A stretch of DNA of 64,000 nucleotides, taken from assembly GCA_964405425.1 (NCBI GenBank), contig CAYONX010000003.1, positions 152,916 through 216,915 on the forward strand, read 5' to 3'. Below are positions 25,032 to 35,265 of this stretch, piece by piece. Under the pieces are notes generated by a model that did not search any database, was not told the origin of the DNA, and was given only the letters and a program-made list of their open reading frames with translations. Position numbers and translations under genes: made by a program. Source of the stretch: an uncultured Pirellulaceae bacterium (GTDB lineage Bacteria > Planctomycetota > Planctomycetia > Pirellulales > Pirellulaceae). How positions within the stretch are numbered: position 1 is the stretch's first letter; each line of letters opens with the position of its first letter.

Positions 25032-27436
25032 CGATCGCTGTATACGCGAGTCGATTCCTGCTTGGAAACATTAACTTCGCGTCCATCCGCGATCAAATTG
25101 GCTGCGATCCGATGATCACCGGCGGTAATACCTTTTCCACGAATCGTAATCTCGATGGTGTCGCCTGGATTCATACTGGTGATTGGGACAAACGCAATTT
25201 GTTGGCCGCGAATGTTGGCCGTTACATTACCGTCCACTCCGGTCGGCTGAATGCCCTGAGGGAAATCGACTTGCAATTGAACATTCGTCGCCGTTTTTGT
25301 TCCTTGGTTAACGATGCGCAATTTGTACGAAGTTTCGTTGCCAATCTCAATGGGATCAACCACATCGTCGATGTCAAAGAAAATATCCGTCAAATGCTCA
25401 ACATTTAATTTGCAGATCGCGCTTGTCGTTTGATTCAAATCCGCAACCACATCCAGTTTTAAATCCTGATTACCGGGCTCAGTCGGTACAGTGGTTACTT
25501 CCACGTTGGCGACCAGTCCAACATCCAATTGTGCCAAACTCCAATAAACTGAATGTGAATTCTCGTCGTACTTGCCTCGGTTGTTGGTACTGACAAAACG
25601 CAAACCACTTGGCAAACGACAAACCAATTCGACGTTCATCGCTTCAGCAGTACCGTTGTTTCGAACTGCAAAGCGGTGAGTTGCTTCCCGTTTCAGGTAT
25701 CGTTTGGTAGGCCCTTCTCCGGTCGCCACAAGAGACGGTGCGATTACTTCCAGATCTACGGCATGTTGAGTTTGAAGTCCGCCGTTGGCATGAGCAACGA
25801 GCACGTTGCGACACTTCCCAATCTTTGCAGCCCGCAATTCCAATTGGACTTTTCGCGATTGGCCTGGGCCCAATGTGCCGATGGCGTATTCAAGCTCGCG
25901 GAATCCTTCGCTAAATTCAAGCTCCGCTGGCAAATCTTCCTGGATGATCACATCCTTTGCCGCTCCGTCGCCTTCGTTTTTAACATCAATATTCAGAATA
26001 ACTTTGTCACCAATCATCACTCTGGGTTCCGTTGTATGCCGAATGGCAAGAACCGGCTTGGTGACTTTGGTCCGCATCGAAGCTTGAGCAGAGAATGTGA
26101 CTTGAGCAACGCTGCCGATTTCACCGGGACGCGTTGGTTTCAATTGAATTCGAATTGTTTTTTCCTGGCCTGGATCCAAAGTATCCAGATCCCAGCTGAT
26201 TTGGTTGTTTGGTCCGCGACTGGGTTGCGGTGTCGATTGAACCAATTCGGTTCCGGCCGGGATTTGATCGAACACCCGAACACCTTTGGCTGCAATTCGA
26301 CCTGTGTTTTTTACGACCAGCTGAAAATCTGCCGGTTGGTTTACCTGAATTTCGCGAGGTGCAATTTTTTCGATCGTAACTGAAGGAGACTGAATGCCTT
26401 CAAGCAGACGATCGCCAGGCGTTGGTGCCGTCGTGACACCTGTAGCAGGCGTAGACGACCGCGAAGTTAATGGATTGGAAAGTTGTCTGGGCTTGGAAGC
26501 TTGTTTGGTCTGCAAAGCAGACGGGTTGCGCGGCGATTGAGCTCGTGAGTTAATTGGAGCAAGCGAAGACGGGGTCTGCAAACGCTTGCTGCCAGAGTCA
26601 CCGATTTGGCTTGATCGTGAACTAAATGGATTTGGCTTGTTTGTCGGAGCCTTGACAGTTGTTGTGTTGCTACCGCCAAACGATTTCGATTCTTGTGAGC
26701 GATTAAAAGAGCTGTTGCCCGGAGTGATCGGAGGCAAACTGTTTGATGGCTTGGTATTGTTCGCTGTGTTGCTGCGTCCAGGTGCGAACGCAGAATTCGT
26801 CTGTTTCTGAACGGCACCTTTGACACCTTGTGCCAATTCTCCAGCGCGATCACCAAACTTTCTCAGGGCGTTTGACGTCTTCGCAGAAAAATCGGAAGGA
26901 GCTTGCTTAATCACCTTCGCGGCGTCTCCAGCGAACTGGTTAGTTTGCGACTTGAGTTTTTGAAACTGATTGACTGGTGTCGTGCCGCCCAACTTTTCCT
27001 GGACCGGGGCCTTCAATGCATTCTGCTTTTGAGTTCTTTGAAAGCCACCGAAATTTTTGGGCTTTGCCTGGCTGAAGGATTGCGACTTTGGCAATTCGCT
27101 CGAAACAGGTTTGATTTTTGCTGACCCAACCTTGAATTGCCCGGATCCATTGTTTGGCTTCGCAGGATTCGTTAACGAAACCGGGTTGTTAGACTTTGGC
27201 GTCGTTACAGTCTTTAGCTGTAACGAAGGTGCCAGTTCAGATGCAGGCTTCGTTGAATCGGAAACGAGCACGTCGTTTTCATCCACTTGCGCGACTTCTT
27301 CGCATTCTTTGCAATAGTTCATCGAATACGCAACAACGACAGTTCCGACGATTACAAATATGACGGCGGCAATAAGTTTTCCTGTCAACTTATTGTTGCT
27401 CAATCCGGGAGTTCTTTCGTCGCTTGCTTCTGACAT
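25028..27436 (-). CDS. Membrane-anchored protein with a long disordered S/T/P/N/Q linker and four DUF11-type repeats
   Basis: TM LIAAVIFVIVGTVVVAY and a low-complexity stretch of about 330 aa. Four repeats of the type FQLVVKNTGRIAAKGVRVFDQIPAG, LNIDVKNEGDGAAKDVIIQEDLPAE, FAVRNNGTAEAMNVELVCRLPSG, YKLRIVNQGTKTATNVQLQVDFPQG. Confidence 0.75.
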   Translation of the reverse strand: MSEASDERTPGLSNNKLTGKLIAAVIFVIVGTVVVAYSMNYCKECEEVAQVDENDVLVSDSTKPASELAPSLQLKTVTTPKSNNPVSLTNPAKPNNGSGQFKVGSAKIKPVSSELPKSQSFSQAKPKNFGGFQRTQKQNALKAPVQEKLGGTTPVNQFQKLKSQTNQFAGDAAKVIKQAPSDFSAKTSNALRKFGDRAGELAQGVKGAVQKQTNSAFAPGRSNTANNTKPSNSLPPITPGNSSFNRSQESKSFGGSNTTTVKAPTNKPNPFSSRSSQIGDSGSKRLQTPSSLAPINSRAQSPRNPSALQTKQASKPRQLSNPLTSRSSTPATGVTTAPTPGDRLLEGIQSPSVTIEKIAPREIQVNQPADFQLVVKNTGRIAAKGVRVFDQIPAGTELVQSTPQPSRGPNNQISWDLDTLDPGQEKTIRIQLKPTRPGEIGSVAQVTFSAQASMRTKVTKPVLAIRHTTEPRVMIGDKVILNIDVKNEGDGAAKDVIIQEDLPAELEFSEGFRELEYAIGTLGPGQSRKVQLELRAAKIGKCRNVLVAHANGGLQTQHAVDLEVIAPSLVATGEGPTKRYLKREATHRFAVRNNGTAEAMNVELVCRLPSGLRFVSTNNRGKYDENSHSVYWSLAQLDVGLVANVEVTTVPTEPGNQDLKLDVVADLNQTTSAICKLNVEHLTDIFFDIDDVVDPIEIGNETSYKLRIVNQGTKTATNVQLQVDFPQGIQPTGVDGNVTANIRGQQIAFVPITSMNPGDTIEITIRGKGITAGDHRIAANLIADGREVNVSKQESTRVYSDR

Positions 27437-27639
27437 AACTGACTAATTCCGTTGCGATTAGGTGGAAGCCAGTTTCGATCGGTAGAATGGCTTCCGTGCC
27501 AAGAAATTCCTTTCAAGTTCCTCGTAAGAAAACAAGGATCTAATTGATGTTAATTACCAGAGAAATTGGGGATTGGACAAGAGCAAGTTGATTGGCGAAT
27601 CTGAAACAACTTTAAGGTCACTGCTAGCAAGCGAAGCTG

Positions 27640-28116
27640 TCATTTATTTCTTGAACGCAGAAAGCCGACATGTCTGTCCAAACGGGATTCAACACCTTCG
27701 GTTCCTGCCAGGACCATGGAACGCTCCTGTTTTATTTTGATTCTTATTTCTTCAAGTTCAGCTTGTTGCCGGAACACTTTTGCCCGTTCAAGAGCCATTT
27801 CGATTTCGGTGCTGCGGATTTGGTCATTCAGCTCCTGTTTCCAATTATCGACCATTGCCTTCGCCTGGTACCGTTCTGCATTCGCCTGATCGTGCTCACA
27901 TGCGCCATCGAATTGGTCGACTTCACCGGTGGCTGTGTCCGCTTCGATGCATGTTTGGAGTAACTCGATTTTGCCTTGCAGAATTGCGACTCGTTTAAAT
28001 AATTCGGCAACCTGTTCTTCGAGCGACTCTCTCGAGCTTCGCTGACTGGCAACTTCATTGTTTAACAGGTCGTCCGTTTTAGACGTACCGCGACCACTGG
28101 AAGAATCGTGGAGCAT
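27640..28116 (-). CDS. Hypothetical coiled-coil protein
   Basis: 158-aa ORF, E/Q/L/K-rich with heptad-like stretches. Divergent from dnaE. Confidence 0.45.
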   Translation of the reverse strand: MLHDSSSGRGTSKTDDLLNNEVASQRSSRESLEEQVAELFKRVAILQGKIELLQTCIEADTATGEVDQFDGACEHDQANAERYQAKAMVDNWKQELNDQIRSTEIEMALERAKVFRQQAELEEIRIKIKQERSMVLAGTEGVESRLDRHVGFLRSRNK

Positions 28117-28407
28117 GGCTCAGGCTGTTGGCTAAGGTAGGTAGGGTTTGATCGGGCGAGCATGAAGAGGGGAAAGACGTTTCACACTTGCCTTGGAAAA
28201 CATACGTCAATATTGACTGAGTGTCAGTAAAATTCCTCCATTTCTTCCATGCTTGCCGGGCAAAGTGTTTTGAAAACTCAACGTCACGACAGAAGTGTGA
28301 AAAACTGCCCAAAAAAACGGCAGCTTGAACGAATCGCAGGACGCCTTATCCTTATGTTCTTGCGCGGGTTTTTCCGCGTTTCATAATTGCATCGTTCCGG
28401 GATTTCC

Positions 28408-31400
28408 ATGAGCCGACCTTTTACGCATTTGCATTGCCATAGCCACTACAGCCTGCTTGATGGCGCAAGCTCGATCCCCAAGCTGGTTCAGCGTACGTTA
28501 GATCATGGCATGACTTCGCTTGCGCTTACGGACCACGGCAACTTGCATGGGTCGCTCGAATTTTATCGTGAAGCGCGAAAAAAAGGCATCAACCCAATTA
28601 TTGGTTATGAAGCTTATGTTGCTGACGGAAGCCGCTACGACAAATCGTCGGGGATGACAAAAGAAAACACTTACCATTTAACTTTGCTTTGCCAGAATCG
28701 AACTGGCTTTCAAAATCTGATCAAGATGGCATCCTCTGCCTGGCTCGACGGATTCTATTTCAAGCCACGAATCGATAAGGAATTGCTGGAGACGTACAAC
28801 GAAGGCATCATCTGTTTGAGTGGTTGTGTGTCCAGCGAATTCAGCCGAGCCATCCTGAAGTCTGACGGTAGTGAAGCTGAAAAACACCTCAAACAAGCCG
28901 AGGATGTTGCTTCCTGGTTCTCGAAGCTTTTTGGCGACAGATACTTTATCGAAATCATGAATAACGGTATCGATATCCAGGAAGTTCAATTGCGTGGCGC
29001 GGTTGATTTGGCAAACCGCATGGGATTGCCGCTGGTCGCGACGAGCGATTGTCATTATGTCGATCGCGACGACGCGGAAGCTCAAGATGTAATGCTGTGT
29101 ATCAACACAGGCAAATTTCGCACCGATCAACGGCGAATGAAGATGGAAGGCAGCGAGTTTTATCTCCGCAGTCCCGACGACATGTACGCCAATTTCCCAA
29201 ACCTGGAAGATGCGGTAGCACGCAGCCAGGAAATTGCAGATTCAGTCGACATCCAACTGGATCTGACGGTCAGGCACTTTCCAATTTTCGATTTACCGGA
29301 AACGGAAACCCCGGAAGAAAAGTTGCGACAATTATGCTTGGACGGGTTGGCCAATCGATATGCCAACGAGCCGGAAATGTACAAGGATGGTGAATTTTCT
29401 CAGGCCGTGATGGACCGCCTGAACCGGGAATTGTCGGTGATCAACAAACTGGGTTTTGCCAACTACTTTTTGATTTGCTGGGATTTTGTGGAACAGGCCC
29501 GTCAACGAGATATTCCGGCCACTGCACGTGGCAGCGGCGTGGGCGCGATTGTCTGTTATGCACTTTATCTGAGCCATGTTTGCCCACTGAAATACGGTTT
29601 GCTGTTCGAGAGATTTCTCGATGAAAACCGCCTGGAAGCGCCGGATATCGATATCGATTTCTGCAAAGAACGTCGTGGCGAAATCATTCGTTATGTCAAA
29701 GACAAATACGGCGAAGACAGCGTCGCACAGATCGGAACCTTTGGCACGATGAAAGCTCGGGCTGCGATCAAGGATGTTGGGCGTGCCCTGGGTATCCCAC
29801 TGGGCCGCGTCAACCAATTGACAGGCATGATTCCCGACCAGTTGGGTATCAAGCTGGAAAAAGCACTTGAGGTCAGCGAAGAATTGCGTCAAGCCTATGA
29901 AGGTGATCCGGAAACAAAAGAGCTTTTGGATTTCGCCATCAAGCTTGAAGGTCTGGCCAGAAACATTGGCACTCACGCAGCCGCGGTGGTCATTGGGGAT
30001 CGGCCTTTGACAGAATATGTCCCACTGGGCCGCGTCACCGGAAAAGAAGACGTGATCACTCAGTGGGCGATGAAAGATGTTGAAGCGGCCGGCCTGCTGA
30101 AAATGGATTTCCTGGGGCTGAGAAACTTGACGATTCTGAGCAGAGTCGTCGAGATCATCAAGAAGACCACCGGCGAAACCATCGATCCACAAAATTTCGA
30201 TATACACGACGCGGAAACTTTTGCCACTCTACAGCGAGGTGAAACAAAGGGTGTGTTTCAATTGGAAAGCGGTGGCATTCGCGATCTGCTGCAAAAGATG
30301 AAGCCCGATCACTTCAACGACATCATTGCAACCAACGCATTGTATCGCCCAGGTCCACTGGAAGGCGGTATGGTGCAGGACTATATCGACGTAAAGCATG
30401 GTCGCAAGGAACCCGAATATCTGCATCCTGTATTGAAGGACATTCTGGAAGAAACCAACGGCGTGATGGTCTACCAGGAACAGGTCATGCAGATCTTGAA
30501 CAAGTTGGGAAGAATCCGACTTGCTTCCGCGTACACTTGCATTAAAGCGATCAGCAAGAAGAACGAAGATTTGATCGCGGAAAATTACGAAACCTTCATG
30601 ACCGGCGCCGAAGACCAGGGCGTTCGCAGAAAAGACGCTCAGGATTTATGGGACATGATCCTGAAATTCGCAGGTTACGGTTTTAACAAAAGCCATTCAA
30701 CCGCTTACGCTTTTGTCGCCTATCAAACTGCGTATTTGAAGACACACTACCCGGTTGAATTTATGGCGGCTTTGTTGAGCGGTGACATTCCAGATCGAAA
30801 TTTCACTCGCAAAGATTCGCTGGTTGAGCACCTGGAAGATTGCGAACGTATGAATGTTTGCGTTGAAGATCCAAACGTAAACTCTTCCGATATCAAATTC
30901 GACGTCGCCGATGGCAAAATACAATTCGCGATGTCGGCAATCAAAGGCTGTGGCAAAAGTGCAGCCCAGGCGATCGTGGAGGAAAGAAATGAAAACGGTC
31001 CGTTCAAAGATCTATTTGATTTTTGTGAACGGGTCGATTCTTCTGCCTGCAGCCGCGCTTCGATCGAATCGTTAATTAAGTCGGGAGCCATGGACGGTTT
31101 TGGCGGCAATCGTGCACAGATTTCTGCCGTTTTAGATCGAGCAATGCAATCCGGTGCATCAGCCAATGCCGATCGCAAAAGCGGACAAAAATCTCTCTTC
31201 GGTGGCGACGATGACGAGGCCGAAGACGTGGCTGTTACCTATCCCGATATTCCGGAATGGGAAGAGCGAGACAAATTGGTTGCTGAAAAAGAAGTTCTGG
31301 GATTTTATCTTTCCAGTCATCCACTTTCACCATTTGTTGATCAACTCAATCATTACACCTCGCATACAACTTCACGAATCGTTGAAACGGGTGATCGTGA

Positions 31401-31971
31401 CAAGGTTACCGTCGGTGGCATGATTTCGGCAATCAAATTTTCGCATGTCAAACGTGTACGCGACCCGAACTCGCCGACCAAGTACGTAATGTTTGATTTG
31501 GAAGACATGGAAGGTAGTCTTCGCTGTATTCAATGGCCGTCCGAATTTGCTGTTCAGGGCGAGATGATTCAAGCAGACGCCGTAGTCGTGATTCAGGGAA
31601 CCGTCGATCGGCGTGGTGGTGACGAAGCCAATCTAATCGTCGATCGTATTATTCCGCTGGAAGATCTGGATCAAAGTTTGACCCGCGAAATCAAATTGCG
31701 AATCGATGAGAGCCAGCATGGTGAAGATACGTTGCGAAAAACCTACGAGATCATTCGCGGATATCCGGGAAAATGCAAACTGACGCTCGACGTCGCATTG
31801 GAAAACGGGATGAAAATCCACTTAAAATCCAATAAGATGCGAGTCGATATTAATTCTCAACTGTGCGGCCGGCTGGAAGAATTGTTGGGCGAAGACGGTT
31901 ACGAAATGGTAGTCGATCGAAAACAATTGACTGCCAAGGCCGAACCGCGGAAACGAAATTTTCGCAAGTGA
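28408..31971 (+). CDS. dnaE: DNA polymerase III alpha subunit
   Basis: PHP domain HLHCHSHYSLLDG...LALTDHGNLHG, the palm/fingers region (PDIDIDF, GLLKMDFLGLRNL, NKSHSTAYA), and a C-terminal OB fold. Confidence 0.95.
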   Translation: MSRPFTHLHCHSHYSLLDGASSIPKLVQRTLDHGMTSLALTDHGNLHGSLEFYREARKKGINPIIGYEAYVADGSRYDKSSGMTKENTYHLTLLCQNRTGFQNLIKMASSAWLDGFYFKPRIDKELLETYNEGIICLSGCVSSEFSRAILKSDGSEAEKHLKQAEDVASWFSKLFGDRYFIEIMNNGIDIQEVQLRGAVDLANRMGLPLVATSDCHYVDRDDAEAQDVMLCINTGKFRTDQRRMKMEGSEFYLRSPDDMYANFPNLEDAVARSQEIADSVDIQLDLTVRHFPIFDLPETETPEEKLRQLCLDGLANRYANEPEMYKDGEFSQAVMDRLNRELSVINKLGFANYFLICWDFVEQARQRDIPATARGSGVGAIVCYALYLSHVCPLKYGLLFERFLDENRLEAPDIDIDFCKERRGEIIRYVKDKYGEDSVAQIGTFGTMKARAAIKDVGRALGIPLGRVNQLTGMIPDQLGIKLEKALEVSEELRQAYEGDPETKELLDFAIKLEGLARNIGTHAAAVVIGDRPLTEYVPLGRVTGKEDVITQWAMKDVEAAGLLKMDFLGLRNLTILSRVVEIIKKTTGETIDPQNFDIHDAETFATLQRGETKGVFQLESGGIRDLLQKMKPDHFNDIIATNALYRPGPLEGGMVQDYIDVKHGRKEPEYLHPVLKDILEETNGVMVYQEQVMQILNKLGRIRLASAYTCIKAISKKNEDLIAENYETFMTGAEDQGVRRKDAQDLWDMILKFAGYGFNKSHSTAYAFVAYQTAYLKTHYPVEFMAALLSGDIPDRNFTRKDSLVEHLEDCERMNVCVEDPNVNSSDIKFDVADGKIQFAMSAIKGCGKSAAQAIVEERNENGPFKDLFDFCERVDSSACSRASIESLIKSGAMDGFGGNRAQISAVLDRAMQSGASANADRKSGQKSLFGGDDDEAEDVAVTYPDIPEWEERDKLVAEKEVLGFYLSSHPLSPFVDQLNHYTSHTTSRIVETGDRDKVTVGGMISAIKFSHVKRVRDPNSPTKYVMFDLEDMEGSLRCIQWPSEFAVQGEMIQADAVVVIQGTVDRRGGDEANLIVDRIIPLEDLDQSLTREIKLRIDESQHGEDTLRKTYEIIRGYPGKCKLTLDVALENGMKIHLKSNKMRVDINSQLCGRLEELLGEDGYEMVVDRKQLTAKAEPRKRNFRK

Positions 31972-32005
31972 TGATGGAAAAACCGACAGGCATTTTTGGC
32001 AGTCC

Positions 32006-32455
32006 ATGAATTTTTACGCAACCGCTTTGAAATGGTTATTGCTGGTGTCAGGTTGGATTCTGATTGCGGCTTTCGCTGCAATGTTCTTGCCCAGGTCCTC
32101 GATGGCGGCGGCGCACCAATGGTTAGGATTGGGAGAATTTCCCGATACAGAAATTACTTATTATCTGACTCGGTCTACTTCACTTCTATACGGTGTGCAT
32201 GGTGTGATGATGTCTTATGTGGCGATGACCATTGAGCAACACTGGCGATTGGTGCGGGTTTTTGGCTGGCTGCATATTTTGATTGGATTGTCGATGTTGG
32301 TTATCGATGTGTTGGCGCCAATGCCATGGTACTGGACTGCGGCGGAAGGATTGCCAGTGGCGATTTTGGGCGCCATCATTCTTGTCCTTGCCAATCGAGC
32401 AAATTTTTCTGAACTTCAACTCAGTGGATCATCGAATGAAGCTTCTTCTGTTTAG
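32006..32455 (+). CDS. Hypothetical 4-TM membrane protein
   Basis: 149-aa ORF with four hydrophobic helices. Overlaps the next gene by 20 nt. Confidence 0.5.
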   Translation: MNFYATALKWLLLVSGWILIAAFAAMFLPRSSMAAAHQWLGLGEFPDTEITYYLTRSTSLLYGVHGVMMSYVAMTIEQHWRLVRVFGWLHILIGLSMLVIDVLAPMPWYWTAAEGLPVAILGAIILVLANRANFSELQLSGSSNEASSV

Positions 32456-33035
32456 TGATTTGCACCGTGACAAAGAAGCAGCGGCTGAATTGGTTGAGAA
32501 GTCCAAACAGGCAGACGTTATAGTCGGGGCAGGGGATTTCGCCGTTTGCCGCCAGGGCGTGACGGACTGTATCGAAGTTCTGAAACACTGCCAATGCCCT
32601 GCAGTATTAGTCGCAGGCAACGGAGAATCGGCTGAAGAATTAACCGAGGCGTGCGCGGATTGGCCAACGGCTCATGTGCTACACGGCGAATCAGCGACGG
32701 TGGCTGGCGTAGAATTTTTCGGCATCGGCGGTGGCATACCAGTCACGCCGTTTGGAAGTTGGAGCTGGGATTTTACGGAAGAGGATGCTCAAAGGCTTTT
32801 AACCGATTGCCCCCACGGATGTATTCTGGTTTCTCATTCGCCGCCGCAGGGACTGGTCGATGTAACTTCCAGAGGCGAGCATAAAGGCAGTTCTGCGGTG
32901 CGCAGCGCGATCGAGCGATGTCGTCCGAGAGTTGTCGTTTGCGGCCACATTCATGACAGTTGGGAAAAAGAAGAAAATCTGGATGCAACCAGAGTCATTA
33001 ATGCCGGGCCCCGAGGGATTCAAATCAGTCTGTAA
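32436..33035 (+). CDS. Metallophosphoesterase (calcineurin-like)
   Basis: MKLLLFSDLHRD (DxH), GAGDF (GDxx), VAGNGE (GNHE-like), VSHSPP, CGHIH. ATG at 32436 chosen over the longer ORF. Confidence 0.75.
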   Translation: MKLLLFSDLHRDKEAAAELVEKSKQADVIVGAGDFAVCRQGVTDCIEVLKHCQCPAVLVAGNGESAEELTEACADWPTAHVLHGESATVAGVEFFGIGGGIPVTPFGSWSWDFTEEDAQRLLTDCPHGCILVSHSPPQGLVDVTSRGEHKGSSAVRSAIERCRPRVVVCGHIHDSWEKEENLDATRVINAGPRGIQISL

Positions 33036-33121
33036 TATGAACAATCCTGGTTTCCAAATTGCTGATGGACCAGGCACAATTCCAGGTCATTGAATAGACC
33101 GTTCGGTTTTTTGCCTGTATT

Positions 33122-33148
33122 TTTTGTCTGTTTTGTCTGTTTTGTCTG
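33122..33148. repeat. Three perfect tandem copies of the 9-bp unit TTTTGTCTG
   Basis: Read directly. The repeat abuts the stop codon of the pentapeptide-repeat gene, in a convergent intergenic gap. Confidence 0.8.
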
Positions 33149-33868
33149 TTAAAGCGCGGCCCGCGTTGTAAACATGTTCCACCACGACTTCTTTTTGACC
33201 GACTCTGTCTTTGCTGTGTAGCCCCATGGGCGTCCATTGGTACCGACACAATCTGTCATTTTTGCGAACTGGAATTTTGCTCCCAGGATTTTCGCATCGG
33301 TCATGTTGCTGCGCCGCAAATCGGCTCGCGTAAAATCGGCGCCAGAAAGATCGGCGCCGTAAAGATTGGTGCCGGAAAAATCGGCGCCGTTGAGCGAAGT
33401 ATCTTTCATTTCACAAAAGAAAAAATCGCTGCCGGAAAAATTGGCCCCGGTCATTTCAGCGTTGTTAATTTTTGCGTGCCGAAACTTACTGCCCTGTCCA
33501 GCGGCGCTTGTCAATCGAGTAACATCCAGAACGCCATCGCAAAAATCAGCATTAACCAAAATCGCGTTGGTCATATCCGCTCTTTGAATCACACAATTCA
33601 CAAACCGCGCGCAAGTCAGATTGGCGGAATTCAAGTCGGCATCTGAAAGGCTACACCCTTCAATGTGACATCCCGATAAATCAGCGTTCCTGAAATTCGC
33701 ACCACGCAACTCTTTCCCTCGAATCAGACACCCTCGTAGCGTATCTGAATCAAGCCTATGCAATACCTTCCCCGTAAGGCGATGTTTGATCTCAACCATC
33801 AATGTCTCCCCGTGCCATTTACCAAACAAGAGCACGCGTGGTACGTCTATGTTCGCGTCTTGGTTCAA
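33149..33868 (-). CDS. Pentapeptide-repeat protein
   Basis: Long runs of A(D/N)LxG/A(N/D)Fxx pentads (ANFRNADLSGCHIEGCSLSDADLNSANLTCARF...GADFSGTNLYGADLSGADFTRADLRRSNM). Confidence 0.85.
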   Translation of the reverse strand: MNQDANIDVPRVLLFGKWHGETLMVEIKHRLTGKVLHRLDSDTLRGCLIRGKELRGANFRNADLSGCHIEGCSLSDADLNSANLTCARFVNCVIQRADMTNAILVNADFCDGVLDVTRLTSAAGQGSKFRHAKINNAEMTGANFSGSDFFFCEMKDTSLNGADFSGTNLYGADLSGADFTRADLRRSNMTDAKILGAKFQFAKMTDCVGTNGRPWGYTAKTESVKKKSWWNMFTTRAAL

Positions 33869-34196
33869 CGCGCTATATCAGCTAGTGCCTCTTCGCTGAT
33901 TCAATGCCTGAAAGCAGGCAGACTGCGTTGTTTATGTCAAACTGCCGAAGCAGATTGTTGATCGCTCTATTTGCGGTATCTCTTTGAATACCAAGACTTA
34001 CGATTAGTTTCGCTAAAGGCGATTAATTCTTGGTAAAAAGATGATTTACGGTCAGATGTACCAACAAATCCTAACGAAAGATTCAGAATTCCGCAAACTT
34101 AATAGCGACCAAAGCCACCAGAGGCGACTCCAAGGGAAGATTAACCCCCGTTGGTCGGCCGGACATTCTACCCAGAATGTTTGATCTAATCAGCCG

Positions 34197-35033
34197 TTAC
34201 CGTTTACGACTGAGAGTATCGCGACTTGCGACTGACGCGTTGAGATATTCAGGCAGTTCAACTTGTCGAAACTGAGTCCAGGATTTCTTGGCAAACTTGA
34301 TGCGATCCAGATCCTGTGAAGTGAGGCTCATTGAAATCGTGTGTTGGCTGGAAGCTTCGACGTTGGCACGGTTTGAGTTTCCCGATTTGACGGTTAACTC
34401 AATCGAAGCTGGAACGAGGCCGTATTTTTTGATGGTTTGGTTCAATTTCAGTCTCGCAAAAGGCGGCATTCGTTGAGGGTCGGTCACAGCGATCATTGCG
34501 TACTGGTCCAAAAATTCGTAGTAGGGCACCAGTATCGAATCCACGCTCGGACGAATCCCTCGACTGACATACGACACAACACCATTGGAAACCGAAACGA
34601 CATTTCCCTTTTGCTGGAAATCCTCTTCGAAGTTTTCAAAAACGAGAGCTTGAGTCGTTTCGCTGTTGCGCAATTCCTGCTTCATAGCTTCAGCAATTCG
34701 GAGCAATTGTAACTGATCAACATTCAGCCGAATTTGTTTTTCGATATTCAAAAGAATGAATTTTCGATTGCGCGAATCGTAAATGCAAATCTCAGACGGA
34801 TGGTTCGCGCCGTTTTTGAATTGAAGGTCAATCACCAAACCTGCATTGAACATGGTTTGATTGATACAAACGGGTGTATGGTCTCTGTCAATAAACACCT
34901 GGGATTCAATTTTGAAGTCCGGAAACGCTGGCTGTGGAGACTCGTTTTGCCCGCAACAGATTCGACCCGAAAGCAGCGTGATCCAAACCAAAACGGCTGG
35001 GAATGCAATCCATCTGCTGTTACTCAACATCAT
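34197..35033 (-). CDS. Hypothetical secreted protein
   Basis: 278-aa ORF with signal-like MMLSNSRWIAFPAVLVWITLLSGRICCG. No family recognised. Confidence 0.5.
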   Translation of the reverse strand: MMLSNSRWIAFPAVLVWITLLSGRICCGQNESPQPAFPDFKIESQVFIDRDHTPVCINQTMFNAGLVIDLQFKNGANHPSEICIYDSRNRKFILLNIEKQIRLNVDQLQLLRIAEAMKQELRNSETTQALVFENFEEDFQQKGNVVSVSNGVVSYVSRGIRPSVDSILVPYYEFLDQYAMIAVTDPQRMPPFARLKLNQTIKKYGLVPASIELTVKSGNSNRANVEASSQHTISMSLTSQDLDRIKFAKKSWTQFRQVELPEYLNASVASRDTLSRKR

Positions 35034-35265
35034 TGACCCTCATACGACAATTTCGGCGGGAAGGTTAGTACGAGTTGCCCTCAAGGTCCAGAGCTAGCAT
35101 TGCTGCTATCAGAGCCGAAAAACGCGACCTTCGATCTGAAATTGCGATCCGGTTGTGCTGATTACTGCAATGATTTTGCTTGAGAAACCGCATTTCGCTT
35201 TGCCGTACTGGGCTCCCGATAAATGATAAATCGTTTTGCATAAATCGCTTTGTTAGCCAGGTTTC

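Noticed and set aside
25676-26383. 235-aa plus-strand ORF opposite the DUF11 gene
   Set aside because: Antisense shadow ORF. The DUF11 repeats on the minus strand explain this region.
28387-28407. TTG start extending dnaE by 7 codons
   Set aside because: The ATG at 28408 gives MSRPFTHLHCHSHYS, colinear with the usual DnaE N-terminus.
29332-30207. 291-aa minus-strand ORF inside dnaE
   Set aside because: Antisense to an unambiguous dnaE coding region. The same reasoning applies to the other antisense ORFs at 28678-29130 and 30747-31178.
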